This document shows positions 56,368 through 64,000 of a stretch of 64,000 bases of DNA, piece by piece; position 1 is the stretch's first letter; each line of letters begins with the position of its first letter. The DNA comes from an uncultured Desulfobacteraceae bacterium (GTDB taxonomy: Bacteria > Desulfobacterota > Desulfobacteria > Desulfobacterales > SKZT01): positions 140,588-204,587 of the forward strand of contig CAYZJH010000001.1 of assembly GCA_964478625.1 (NCBI GenBank). The letters are read 5' to 3'. The notes beneath the pieces were generated by a model. It worked only from the letters and a program-made list of their open reading frames with translations, was not told where the DNA came from and searched no databases. The position numbers were made by a program, and so were the translations under genes.

Positions 56368-58677
56368 CTATACACTTAACTCTTCAGGTTGGTTTTCAGA
56401 ACCTTTCTTTTTCTGCCCATAATCATAATGATAAGCCCTGTAATATTTGTAATAAGATCTATACCCATACCGCTGGGTCAGGTTGATCTTATTGACGATA
56501 CATCCCAAAATCGTTCCCTGAACATTATTCATGGATTTTTTAAAATGGCGAAGACCATCACGGGTGGTTTCTCCAATGCTGCTGACCAGAATCATGCCAC
56601 CGACCTTCCTTGACAGGACCAAAACATCCGCAAAACCAAGATGCGGTGGTCCGTCGACAATGATACGGTCAAACATCGCAGACGACTTTTTAAGCAATTT
56701 TGAGAACCGGTCGGAGGCAAGCAATTCCACTGGGTTTGGAGGAATCGGTCCGGATGGAATCAGATACAGATTGTCAATATTTGTTTTGGTGATAAATCCC
56801 TTGTGAATTACTCCGGCCAGGAAACTTGACAAGCCGTTTCCATTATTGGTCGTCAGGTTATAAATCTTGTGCAAACGCGGTTTTCGCAAATCAGCATCAA
56901 TGAGTAAAACCTTTTCTCCGGCACCGGCAAATGTCTGGGCCAAATTGGAAGCCGTCGTGGTTTTACCTTCACCCTGGGTTGTGCTGGTTATACCGATACA
57001 ACGAGCATTGGAACCTGAACCGGATAATTGTATGGAAACTCTCGATGTCCGAAATGCCTCGGATATAGGAGACCTGGGGTCACTGATAAAAATCTGCTCC
57101 ACCGGATTTTCCTTTGCGGCGGTTTCCAGTGGAAGCACCCCCAGAATCGGAATTTGAAACCTCTCCATAATCTGGTCGGGGTTGGTTATTGTGTCTGAAA
57201 AATATTCTACCAGAAAAGCCAATCCAATACCAGCCATTAACCCTACCACAATAGCCAGAAGTAAATTGCGTTTCACATTGGGTTTGGCAGGGAAAATCGG
57301 AAGTGATGCCTTATCGACGACCTGGATATTGGAGGGAGAAATTCCTGTCATGGACTCAATTTCCTTGGCTCGTTCCAGAAGACTTTGGTAAATGGCTTTG
57401 TTGGTTTCTACCTCCCGTGACATAATCGTGTACTGGGTGGCTCGCTCATTGAGTTCAAGGGCCTGCTGCTTTTTTTCTTCCATATTTTTCTGGAGCGCTT
57501 CAAAGCGGCTCTTGGCAGAAAGGTATTCATGCTTGATCGAATTGAATATCTTTTCAGACTCACTGGTGATACGATTTTCTATACTGCTCATGCGGCTCAT
57601 AATGGCTTTTACGTCCGGATAATCTTCATGGAAAATTTCGATCAGATTTTCATATTCCGAGTGTAGTTTCGCATGCTCTTTTTTCAGTTCATTGATCATC
57701 TGACTGCTCAACACTTGCGGGAGACCTTCAGGACCGTCTTTTACTGCCTGCTCATACAAAGTCTCTTTCGCGATAAGGTCGGCTTCGGCTTGACCCAATG
57801 CAGCATTGATATCTTCAAGTTGCCTGAAAACATTGTTCAGGCGAGAATCCATGGATACGATTCCCGCCTGTCTGGCAAACTGGTGTTGCTTTTCCTCCGC
57901 TTCCTCCAGATTGATCCTAGCCCGGTCGATTTGTTTCATCAGATATTGACGAGCTTTACCGGAAGAGTCCATCCGCTGATCCATTTTCCATGCGACAAAC
58001 TCCTCCATTAATTCATTTACCGCGTCCCTGGATAGTTGGCGATCTGGCGAAATAAAAGAGACATTGATAATCATGGAATTACGATTGGGTGTAACCTCCA
58101 GATTTCTTTGGAAAAAATCCATTATCTTTTTATCTTCAATAGTTTCGCTTATTAACTGATTTCCCGTCGCGGTTTCGCTGTCTTTTGGAGAAATCGAACG
58201 GATTGATGATATAATGAATGCTTTTATCCCATCTAAACTAAAAGAGCCATTCTGATCATCATCGCCTGTAAATACCGGATGATTCTTCAGGTTGATCGAC
58301 TCGATAACACGTTCTGCTACGGCATTGCTTTTAAGCAGGGAAACCTGTGTGGCGATAAATTCTTGTGATCTCAATCCTTCGCTGACCACATCCTCAAACT
58401 TGGTTACTTTCTGGGATTCCGTGCTCACTTCGATGGTGCCGGTAGCCCGGTATAGCTTTTTGGCTGATAGGCTGAAAATCAATGTCGACATAAAAATAAA
58501 GAAGAGTACTCCCAAAACCATCCATTTACGCCTCAGGATGACTTCGATATAATCCCGAAGGTCGATTTCTTCTTCCAAATTATTCGGGATGCTATCTCTG
58601 AAATCAGTTGATGGAAGATGACTTCCCGAATTGACCTGGTCAATCTTTACAGGAACATTGTTGCTGTCTTTCGCCAT
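56368..58677 (-). CDS. Polysaccharide co-polymerase / BY-kinase, a fused Wzc/GumC-type tyrosine autokinase
   Basis: 769 aa. Wzz-like N-terminus with 2 TM helices and a long coiled coil. Walker A TQGEGKTTTASN, A' VLLIDADLRKP, B FDRIIVDGPP. C-terminal Tyr cluster YGYRSYYKYYRAYHYDY. Confidence 0.85.
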   Translation of the reverse strand: MAKDSNNVPVKIDQVNSGSHLPSTDFRDSIPNNLEEEIDLRDYIEVILRRKWMVLGVLFFIFMSTLIFSLSAKKLYRATGTIEVSTESQKVTKFEDVVSEGLRSQEFIATQVSLLKSNAVAERVIESINLKNHPVFTGDDDQNGSFSLDGIKAFIISSIRSISPKDSETATGNQLISETIEDKKIMDFFQRNLEVTPNRNSMIINVSFISPDRQLSRDAVNELMEEFVAWKMDQRMDSSGKARQYLMKQIDRARINLEEAEEKQHQFARQAGIVSMDSRLNNVFRQLEDINAALGQAEADLIAKETLYEQAVKDGPEGLPQVLSSQMINELKKEHAKLHSEYENLIEIFHEDYPDVKAIMSRMSSIENRITSESEKIFNSIKHEYLSAKSRFEALQKNMEEKKQQALELNERATQYTIMSREVETNKAIYQSLLERAKEIESMTGISPSNIQVVDKASLPIFPAKPNVKRNLLLAIVVGLMAGIGLAFLVEYFSDTITNPDQIMERFQIPILGVLPLETAAKENPVEQIFISDPRSPISEAFRTSRVSIQLSGSGSNARCIGITSTTQGEGKTTTASNLAQTFAGAGEKVLLIDADLRKPRLHKIYNLTTNNGNGLSSFLAGVIHKGFITKTNIDNLYLIPSGPIPPNPVELLASDRFSKLLKKSSAMFDRIIVDGPPHLGFADVLVLSRKVGGMILVSSIGETTRDGLRHFKKSMNNVQGTILGCIVNKINLTQRYGYRSYYKYYRAYHYDYGQKKKGSENQPEELSV

Positions 58678-58686
58678 AAAAACTCC

Positions 58687-59916
58687 TTAGTTATCACTCA
58701 CCATGGGAAGGTAATCCACGATTTTTATTTGAAAATGATCCAGCCACAATCTCCCCTGAATCTTGCTATCAAACCTATGGCTTGGATTTCTTCGTAGATT
58801 CACTGCCACTGCATAACATGATTCCGGAATGGAAAAAAGAATTATTTCCTGTTTCCAATCCGTGTTCATCGGCACCATATCACTTTTCCAATAGCTGTTG
58901 GTGCAATCCATACCCCGGATTTCAATAAAAGGCCGTTGATCTGTTGTCAGATCTTTGCTTTGCCACCAAAAGGAGATATGATAAGTTTTTTCAGGCAATA
59001 CCGGCACAATTTGGCTCAGATGCTGAAAATTGATGTTTTCTTCTCCCCGGAAAACCACTTGAAGTGCATAACGACCCTCAATTGCGTCAGATCCGACCCT
59101 CTGGATATCCCAGTGAGATCCTGATCGGCTGCGCCACCCAAACCCACTGTTCGACAATGGTAATTCGAATCCGGAATTGGTCATACCATTATTGCTACCA
59201 TATTTTTCATGAATTTCAGTTGCCCGCCGGAACTCTTTTTGAGAAATGAGGAAATTGATATACCGATCATATAAAACATCATCTGCAATTTGTTTTTCCT
59301 CTATGGCACTCCATACCCTGAAGGTGTCTTCAGTCCTTTTCCATTTCATCAACCACTGAAGATAATATGAAAGGTTACCTTTTTCCAAAAAATTTAAAAC
59401 TGCGGTGGTATCGCCGTCCAGATGCATGTCTGAAAGGTAAAGAGCTTCATTTTGAAATGGTCCATGAGGAACAACAAAATTAATACATTCCCAAAAAATT
59501 TCTTCTAGTTTTAATTCACGTGCAAGCAAAATTTGCGCCCACTTCCATTGCACGATATTCCGGGTCAAGTCGTCTGTAAATTTCAGAATTTCTTCAGCCG
59601 CTTTCGTGTTTCTGCGCGCTGATTCAACTTGCGCCAGCTTGAGCCATGCATCGATAAACAATAACCTTCTGGACAAGGCCTTACGAAAATAATCGGATGC
59701 TGAATTCAAATCATTTTCATACAACGCTTTTAAACCTGATTGATAGACGGGCTCCACAAAATCAGATGCAGCGAACTTTTCAGGTCTGCTATGGGCATAG
59801 CGTTGATTTTGAGCTGTCCGCCAACTTATCCCATAATGAATTGCCCATACAGCCAAAAAAAACATCATCAAAGTCAAAAATGACTTTTTTAAAACCACCA
59901 CCATCGTTTCCTGCAC
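58687..59916 (-). CDS. Hypothetical membrane-anchored protein with a TPR-like helical region and a C-terminal jelly-roll (CBM4_9-like) domain
   Basis: 409 aa. N-terminal TM helix (LTLMMFFLAVWAI). Helical repeats (ALYENDLNSASDYFRKAL...). The C-terminal roughly 150 aa begin GFELPLSNSGFGW and have a beta-rich pattern. The assignment is tentative. Confidence 0.5.
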   Translation of the reverse strand: MQETMVVVLKKSFLTLMMFFLAVWAIHYGISWRTAQNQRYAHSRPEKFAASDFVEPVYQSGLKALYENDLNSASDYFRKALSRRLLFIDAWLKLAQVESARRNTKAAEEILKFTDDLTRNIVQWKWAQILLARELKLEEIFWECINFVVPHGPFQNEALYLSDMHLDGDTTAVLNFLEKGNLSYYLQWLMKWKRTEDTFRVWSAIEEKQIADDVLYDRYINFLISQKEFRRATEIHEKYGSNNGMTNSGFELPLSNSGFGWRSRSGSHWDIQRVGSDAIEGRYALQVVFRGEENINFQHLSQIVPVLPEKTYHISFWWQSKDLTTDQRPFIEIRGMDCTNSYWKSDMVPMNTDWKQEIILFSIPESCYAVAVNLRRNPSHRFDSKIQGRLWLDHFQIKIVDYLPMVSDN

Positions 59917-60668
59917 CTAGGTAAAACATCTACCGACCCTGTTGTTTCCAGTGGAAAGCCTTGAATCACCTTTTCAGGGTTTATCCTGGTCAGAATGTCA
60001 ATTGACCTGGCATCAACCGCTCTTTCCAAAACCCTTAAAGCTTTCCGGGCGCTGACCGGGTGACGATTCAAAGAGTCATGACTATCTGTTGCCAAGATGT
60101 GAATATATCCTTTTTTGAGAAGATACGATGCCGTCTCGCATACTTTTTTACCATAGTTTCCCAAAAAAGAGTCATAATTTACCTGAAAGAAAACCCCTGC
60201 TTTGATGATATCATCATAAAGTTCAGGGGAAGAAAATAATTGATGACATCGTTCCGGATGGGCCAGGATAATTCGATACCCTTTTGCCATGATTGCAAAA
60301 AACATTTGATCCCAACCTAACGGCATCCGTTGAAAAGGAGATTCGATAAGCAGGTAAGGGCTGCCGGCAAGTGTGAGCAAACGCTTGCCTCCCAACAATT
60401 CATCAAGATTGGTATCCATAGCAATTTCCATGCCGGAATAAACCTGGATATCAATCAGTTTTTGTTTAAAAGCATTCTGAAGCAACTCAATGCTCTGATT
60501 AATCTGATTTATGGAAGCCGTCCAGACTGTCCCCTGCACCCAATGAGGCGTGGCAACCACTTTTGTAAACCCGGCTTGCCGGTACAAAACCGCCAACGCT
60601 AAACTCTCTTCCAGCGTTGCGGGCCCATCATCAATACCCGGAAGTATATGGCTATGAAGATCGATCAT
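59889..60668 (-). CDS. PHP-family (CpsB/CapC-type) manganese-dependent protein-tyrosine phosphatase
   Basis: MIDLHSHILPGIDDGP is the typical family N-terminus, so I prefer the ATG at 60668 over 60704. Also ATPH, LAHPER and TDSH metal-ligand motifs. Confidence 0.8.
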   Translation of the reverse strand: MIDLHSHILPGIDDGPATLEESLALAVLYRQAGFTKVVATPHWVQGTVWTASINQINQSIELLQNAFKQKLIDIQVYSGMEIAMDTNLDELLGGKRLLTLAGSPYLLIESPFQRMPLGWDQMFFAIMAKGYRIILAHPERCHQLFSSPELYDDIIKAGVFFQVNYDSFLGNYGKKVCETASYLLKKGYIHILATDSHDSLNRHPVSARKALRVLERAVDARSIDILTRINPEKVIQGFPLETTGSVDVLPRCRKRWWWF

Positions 60669-61287
60669 AAATTGAGTGTTCGGATTTCCTGATGTTTTCA
60701 CCATCTTAGAAGCAAACCGCTAAACCGCTACAACAGTAATACATCTTTGCTGTTAGTAAGGCCCGGTCGATGTTATTGACCCCAAAAAATCAGCGGACCG
60801 GAGGCCGCAATGATGTCATCCGAATAAAAATAGACAATGCTTTCTATGACAGACCCTAAGCCTTTTACCAGCACCAAAATGAATAATTCCTGCTATGGAT
60901 TGTTTTTGGGATTCTTGCTGTATTGCGATATGCAGCTGTTCTGATTCAGCCATTACCACTATAGTAAAACCTATAATAAAGATTTTTACACTATAAGTCG
61001 CAAAAAATTTTGGTACCATTTCATTAAAATTTTGACAAGTTAAAAATTTATTCTAATCAATTAATCACATCATTATTGTTTTGTGACGCAGTAATACAAG
61101 TTCGCATTATTCAAAAAGAATCCTTTCAAAACATTCAGGCAGATAATCTTTACAATTTCCATTTTTATTCCAATATTAAGCTTTAATTAAGTCAGTCAAT
61201 TAAAAGTCTACCTTTCATCGGGACTGGATTTCTAAAAGTGTTATGCCGGTCTTGTTACCAAATCCAAATCATTCGGGAGGTTCGATC

Positions 61288-61914
61288 ATGCGCAAGTTAT
61301 GGATTGCTACCTGCCTTATGACTCTCCTTTTGGTGAGCTGTAATATTGCGGCTGACGCTGATATTGAACAGAAGGCTGAAGCTGCAAAAAGTAAGGCAGA
61401 AGTATTAGAACAAAAAGCATCAGCAGAGGGGAACAACACGATCCCTTCACCATTCCAAATGATCAGAAAGCCCGAAATACAGGCTGTAGATCCGGACGGC
61501 CAAGAGCCTCTGGAAGATGCGATCACTTGTCTGGCACGCAATATCTACTGGGAAGCCAAGGGTGAGGGAGCAATCGGCATGGAAGCCATTGCCAATGTTG
61601 TTATGAATCGGCTAGGCCATGAAGGTTTTCCTAACAGGGTTTGTGAAATCGTCAAACAAGGCGGTGAATTCGCTGTCTGCCAATTCTCATGGTGGTGCGA
61701 TGGCCGTCCTGACAGCATAAAGGAAGATAAACCTTATTCAATTGCCAAGGAAATCGCACGAAAAGCCCTTAATCGACAGCTAAAAGACCGAACCGGTGGC
61801 GCAATGTATTTTCATCATCGAAATGTAACCCCTTCCTGGTCTTCGGAATACATTCTGACCGCTAAAATCGGCGAGCATCTTTTTTACAAACCAGGTGGTG
61901 ATAAAGCAAAATAG
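61288..61914 (+). CDS. Cell wall hydrolase, SleB-like (Hydrolase_2 family), secreted
   Basis: ATG at 61288 preceded by GGGAGG. Signal or lipoprotein-like N-terminus (LLLVSCN). NIYWEAKGEG..GMEAIANVVMNRL ... QFSWWCDG ... YFHH. Confidence 0.75.
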   Translation: MRKLWIATCLMTLLLVSCNIAADADIEQKAEAAKSKAEVLEQKASAEGNNTIPSPFQMIRKPEIQAVDPDGQEPLEDAITCLARNIYWEAKGEGAIGMEAIANVVMNRLGHEGFPNRVCEIVKQGGEFAVCQFSWWCDGRPDSIKEDKPYSIAKEIARKALNRQLKDRTGGAMYFHHRNVTPSWSSEYILTAKIGEHLFYKPGGDKAK

Positions 61915-61952
61915 CTGCATTTAACATTACAAATCGCTTTCGCAAGATATGT

Positions 61953-61981
61953 TGATCCATTCAAGGTGGGATCCGTTTTTT
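61953..61981 (+). terminator. Weak rho-independent terminator after the SleB-like gene
   Basis: GATCCA-ttcaagg-TGGGATC, a 6-bp stem with one bulge, followed by CGTTTTTTT. Confidence 0.4.
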
Positions 61982-62005
61982 TCGAACCCATGACCTTTGC
62001 CGACA

Positions 62006-62034
62006 CTTGACAAATGAAAAGTCGCCCGGTATTT
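62006..62034 (+). promoter_or_regulatory. Possible sigma-70-type promoter for the CarS-like fusion gene
   Basis: TTGACA (62006-62011), 17-nt spacer, TATTTA (62029-62034). This would leave a leader of about 145 nt. Confidence 0.25.
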
Positions 62035-62178
62035 ATCCGATGTCAAAATCAGGGTTCTGGTGTGGCGAGATAGGCCGAAAATCCAACTGACACCGTAAGA
62101 CGGGCGTCACAAAGCCTTCCTTAACCTATAATAGATAAGCTTCTCGGACAAGCCGATCTTTTGGCACTGCTGATTTAA

Positions 62179-63600
62179 ATGGGATATCCCGGATCGTTTA
62201 TTTGCATGGCCGTCTTACTAGACCTAAAATTATTATTTCTGCTTTGGCTGATAAATTTTACTCCACCGCTACTCTCTTTACTGGTTGACAAAAAATTCAA
62301 CCTTCCCATTGATCTGAATAAATCGCTCATAGATCAGAAACCATTTTTGGGTCCTCATAAAACATGGCGAGGATTTCTCGGAGCCCTTTTTTGTGGATCA
62401 ACGTTGGCATTTTTATTGGGTTTACCGGTTTGGATTGGCTTTTGGACCGCCTTTTTGAGCATGCTGGGCGATCTGTTTTCCAGCTTTGTCAAAAGACGCA
62501 TGGACACACCCAGCGGACAGAATTTTCCGGGCCTGGATCAGTTTTTTGAAGGGGCTCTACCTTTTCTGGTACTCAGCCCATATTTCGGACTGGGTTTTTT
62601 CAGAACCGGTTTGATAGTGACCATTTTTTGTATCGGAACTTATACCGGCTCGGTTTTTTTCAAGAACATTTTGTTGAAAGAACCTTTTCCCTGGTATCCC
62701 AGAGCACTTAAACCCTGGACCCGTTTCAAGGAAATGAGTTCCTGCTCTTTGAGTCTAAGGCCTTTTCACCCCTTTTTTCATTTTGAAGAAGCAATATATT
62801 ATCACTGGATCATCAAATATGTTTTCAAATTTGCAGGAATGTTTGATCAGGGAAAACAAAACGCCCTTGATATATCCCTGGTTTCGAAAAAAATCTCCGT
62901 GCCGCGACTTCCTGACCCCTTTCTGGACCTCAAAATTCTTTATTTTTCGGATTTGCATCTCGATGGACTTGAAGGGCTTGATTATCGAATGATCCGACTT
63001 CTGGATGGACTTGAGGCGGATATCTGCATTTTCGGAGGCGACCTGAGAATGTCCACCTATGGGGATTTTAATCCATGCTTGGAATTATTTTCCGGGGTTA
63101 TGACCAAAGTCACCACCAGATATGGAAAATTTGCAGTGCTGGGCAATCATGACTGCCTGGAAATGATTCCGGCCATGGAAAAAATGGGCATAAAAGTGTT
63201 GCTCAATGATTCTTACAGGATCGAAAAAGACGGTCAGGAAATATACATTGTCGGGGTTGACGATCCCCATTTTTATAAATGTGCCGATATCGGCGTGGCA
63301 TTGAAGGGAGTGCCTGAGAACGCATTCAAGATTTTTCTCAGCCATTCTCCCGAAATGTTCCAAGAAGCTTCAGTTCATCATGTGGATCTCTATCTTTGCG
63401 GTCACACCCACGCCGGTCAGGTGCAACTGCCTTTCATCGGCCCTGTTTTCACCCATTCCCGCTCCCCCAGGTTCATGGCCCAGGGCTTTTGGAAAGCTGG
63501 ATCTATGCAGGGATACACCAGTTCAGGAGTTGGAGTTTCAGGAGTTCCTGTCCGTTTTCTAACCCGGGGCGAGGTGGTGATGTTGACCTTGGTCCATTAG
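62179..63600 (+). CDS. Fusion protein: a CarS-like (CDP-archaeol synthase/DUF46-type) membrane cytidylyltransferase domain plus a calcineurin-like metallophosphoesterase (YkuE/YaeI, COG1408-like)
   Basis: 473 aa. The N-terminal half has GPHKTWRGFLGALFCG ... GDLFSSFVKRR ... FPGLDQ. The C-terminal half has ILYFSDLHLDG, GGDL, GNHD, SHSP and CGHTHAGQ. Confidence 0.7.
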   Translation: MGYPGSFICMAVLLDLKLLFLLWLINFTPPLLSLLVDKKFNLPIDLNKSLIDQKPFLGPHKTWRGFLGALFCGSTLAFLLGLPVWIGFWTAFLSMLGDLFSSFVKRRMDTPSGQNFPGLDQFFEGALPFLVLSPYFGLGFFRTGLIVTIFCIGTYTGSVFFKNILLKEPFPWYPRALKPWTRFKEMSSCSLSLRPFHPFFHFEEAIYYHWIIKYVFKFAGMFDQGKQNALDISLVSKKISVPRLPDPFLDLKILYFSDLHLDGLEGLDYRMIRLLDGLEADICIFGGDLRMSTYGDFNPCLELFSGVMTKVTTRYGKFAVLGNHDCLEMIPAMEKMGIKVLLNDSYRIEKDGQEIYIVGVDDPHFYKCADIGVALKGVPENAFKIFLSHSPEMFQEASVHHVDLYLCGHTHAGQVQLPFIGPVFTHSRSPRFMAQGFWKAGSMQGYTSSGVGVSGVPVRFLTRGEVVMLTLVH

Positions 63601-63751
63601 TTTCAGTCTCTGAACATTTTCACAAAAAGATTTTGCACCCGCCGATTTTTCTGCAAAAATTGCGATACCTCTTCGGCACAGCCCATTGCACATTTCTGAT
63701 GATATGTACGCTGAACTCATTGATATCTTTGCGCTTTTTTGCTAACAAACC

Positions 63752-64000
63752 CTACTTTTCCGCCATTGTGGCGAAAGCGGCTTTTGCCCCCTCCTGGATT
63801 TCCTCCGGTGTAAGGTCCCTTGTATGGGTGGCGAGGTTCCAGGTGTAGCCGAACGGGTCTTGCACGGTTCCCATTCGATCTCCCCAAAACATGTCATCGA
63901 CAGGCATTTTGACCTCAGCACCTGCGTCTACGGCGACCTTAAACATCTTATCAACGTTTTCACAATAAACATAAAAGCTGACAGGAGACCCGCCCATGGT
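63752..64000 (-). CDS. VOC/glyoxalase-family protein (PhnB-like), C-terminal part only. The gene continues beyond the window end.
   Basis: The translation ends ...MFWGDRMGTVQDPFGYTWNLATH..., typical of the VOC C-terminal module. The ORF remains open at position 64000. Confidence 0.6.
   Translation of the reverse strand, partial: TMGGSPVSFYVYCENVDKMFKVAVDAGAEVKMPVDDMFWGDRMGTVQDPFGYTWNLATHTRDLTPEEIQEGAKAAFATMAEK

Noticed and set aside
60816-61019. 67-aa minus-strand ORF in the AT-rich intergenic region.
   Set aside because: There is no RBS and no recognisable family, and it sits in a very AT-rich region where ORFs arise by chance. It is kept only as part of the regulatory-region finding.
61975-61995. 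tRNA-like T-arm fragment. The minus strand reads GGTCATGGGTTCGAA, which could have marked a tRNA gene or an integration att site.
   Set aside because: The sequence after TTCGAA does not complement the putative T-stem. No acceptor, D or anticodon arms can be folded from the flanks. The segment is better explained as part of the T-run of the SleB-gene terminator.
63396-63848. 150-aa plus-strand ORF spanning the end of the CarS-like fusion gene and the VOC gene.
   Set aside because: It overlaps two better-supported genes in other frames or strands, and its Pro/Arg/Ser-rich translation has no motifs.
1-64000. CRISPR arrays, rRNA/tRNA genes, transposases, integrases, prophage or toxin-antitoxin modules.
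   Set aside because: I found no regularly spaced direct repeats and no structured-RNA signatures in any intergenic gap. No ORF has DDE, tyrosine-recombinase or serine-recombinase motifs. The window appears to be stable chromosome.

Overview
This 64 kb window is almost entirely coding and looks like core chromosome of an anaerobic, probably Desulfobacterales-like deltaproteobacterium. That taxonomic call is an inference from gene content only. Reading left to right, the window contains the following.

- A GNAT-thiolase-GNAT trio.
- An hsp20-lon heat-shock pair, then rlpA, gmhB, recD2 and a FabH-like KAS III.
- A minus-strand operon: hexaheme cytochrome c, then rnfC-D-G-E-A-B.
- A radical SAM gene, then a complete minus-strand dcw cluster: mraZ, rsmH, ftsL, ftsI, murE, murF, mraY, murD, ftsW, murG, murC, murB, ftsQ, ftsA, ftsZ. 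There is no ddl.
- A divergent FAD/NAD oxidoreductase-cooF-cooS carbon monoxide dehydrogenase module, then plsY, smr, pilZ and a NifS-like cysteine desulfurase.
- The ffh-rpsP-KH-rimM-trmD-(SPOUT)-rplS-rnhB-yraN block, then rlmN, a PP-loop ATPase and nth-nfo.
- An accessory-looking envelope and exopolysaccharide region from about 52.6 to 63.6 kb. It holds a Wza-like exporter, a PHP-type tyrosine phosphatase, a TPR/jelly-roll membrane protein, a Wzc-type BY-kinase, a membrane J-domain protein, a SleB-like hydrolase and a CarS-like/metallophosphoesterase fusion.
- A truncated VOC-family gene at the right edge.

I recognised no rRNA, tRNA, CRISPR array, transposase or integrase.

The strongest candidate for something undescribed is the Rnf-like operon. 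RnfB is fused to a roughly 500-aa GltD/NfnB-type NAD(P)H-FAD module. The RnfC-like subunit lacks the canonical NADH/FMN motifs. RnfD appears to lack its flavinylated threonine. A hexaheme cytochrome c leads the operon. Together these suggest a rewired, possibly NAD(P)H:cytochrome c, ion-translocating complex.

Secondary candidates are the J-domain protein embedded in the BY-kinase operon and the CarS-like/phosphoesterase fusion. All family assignments come from motif recognition by eye, with no searches run.
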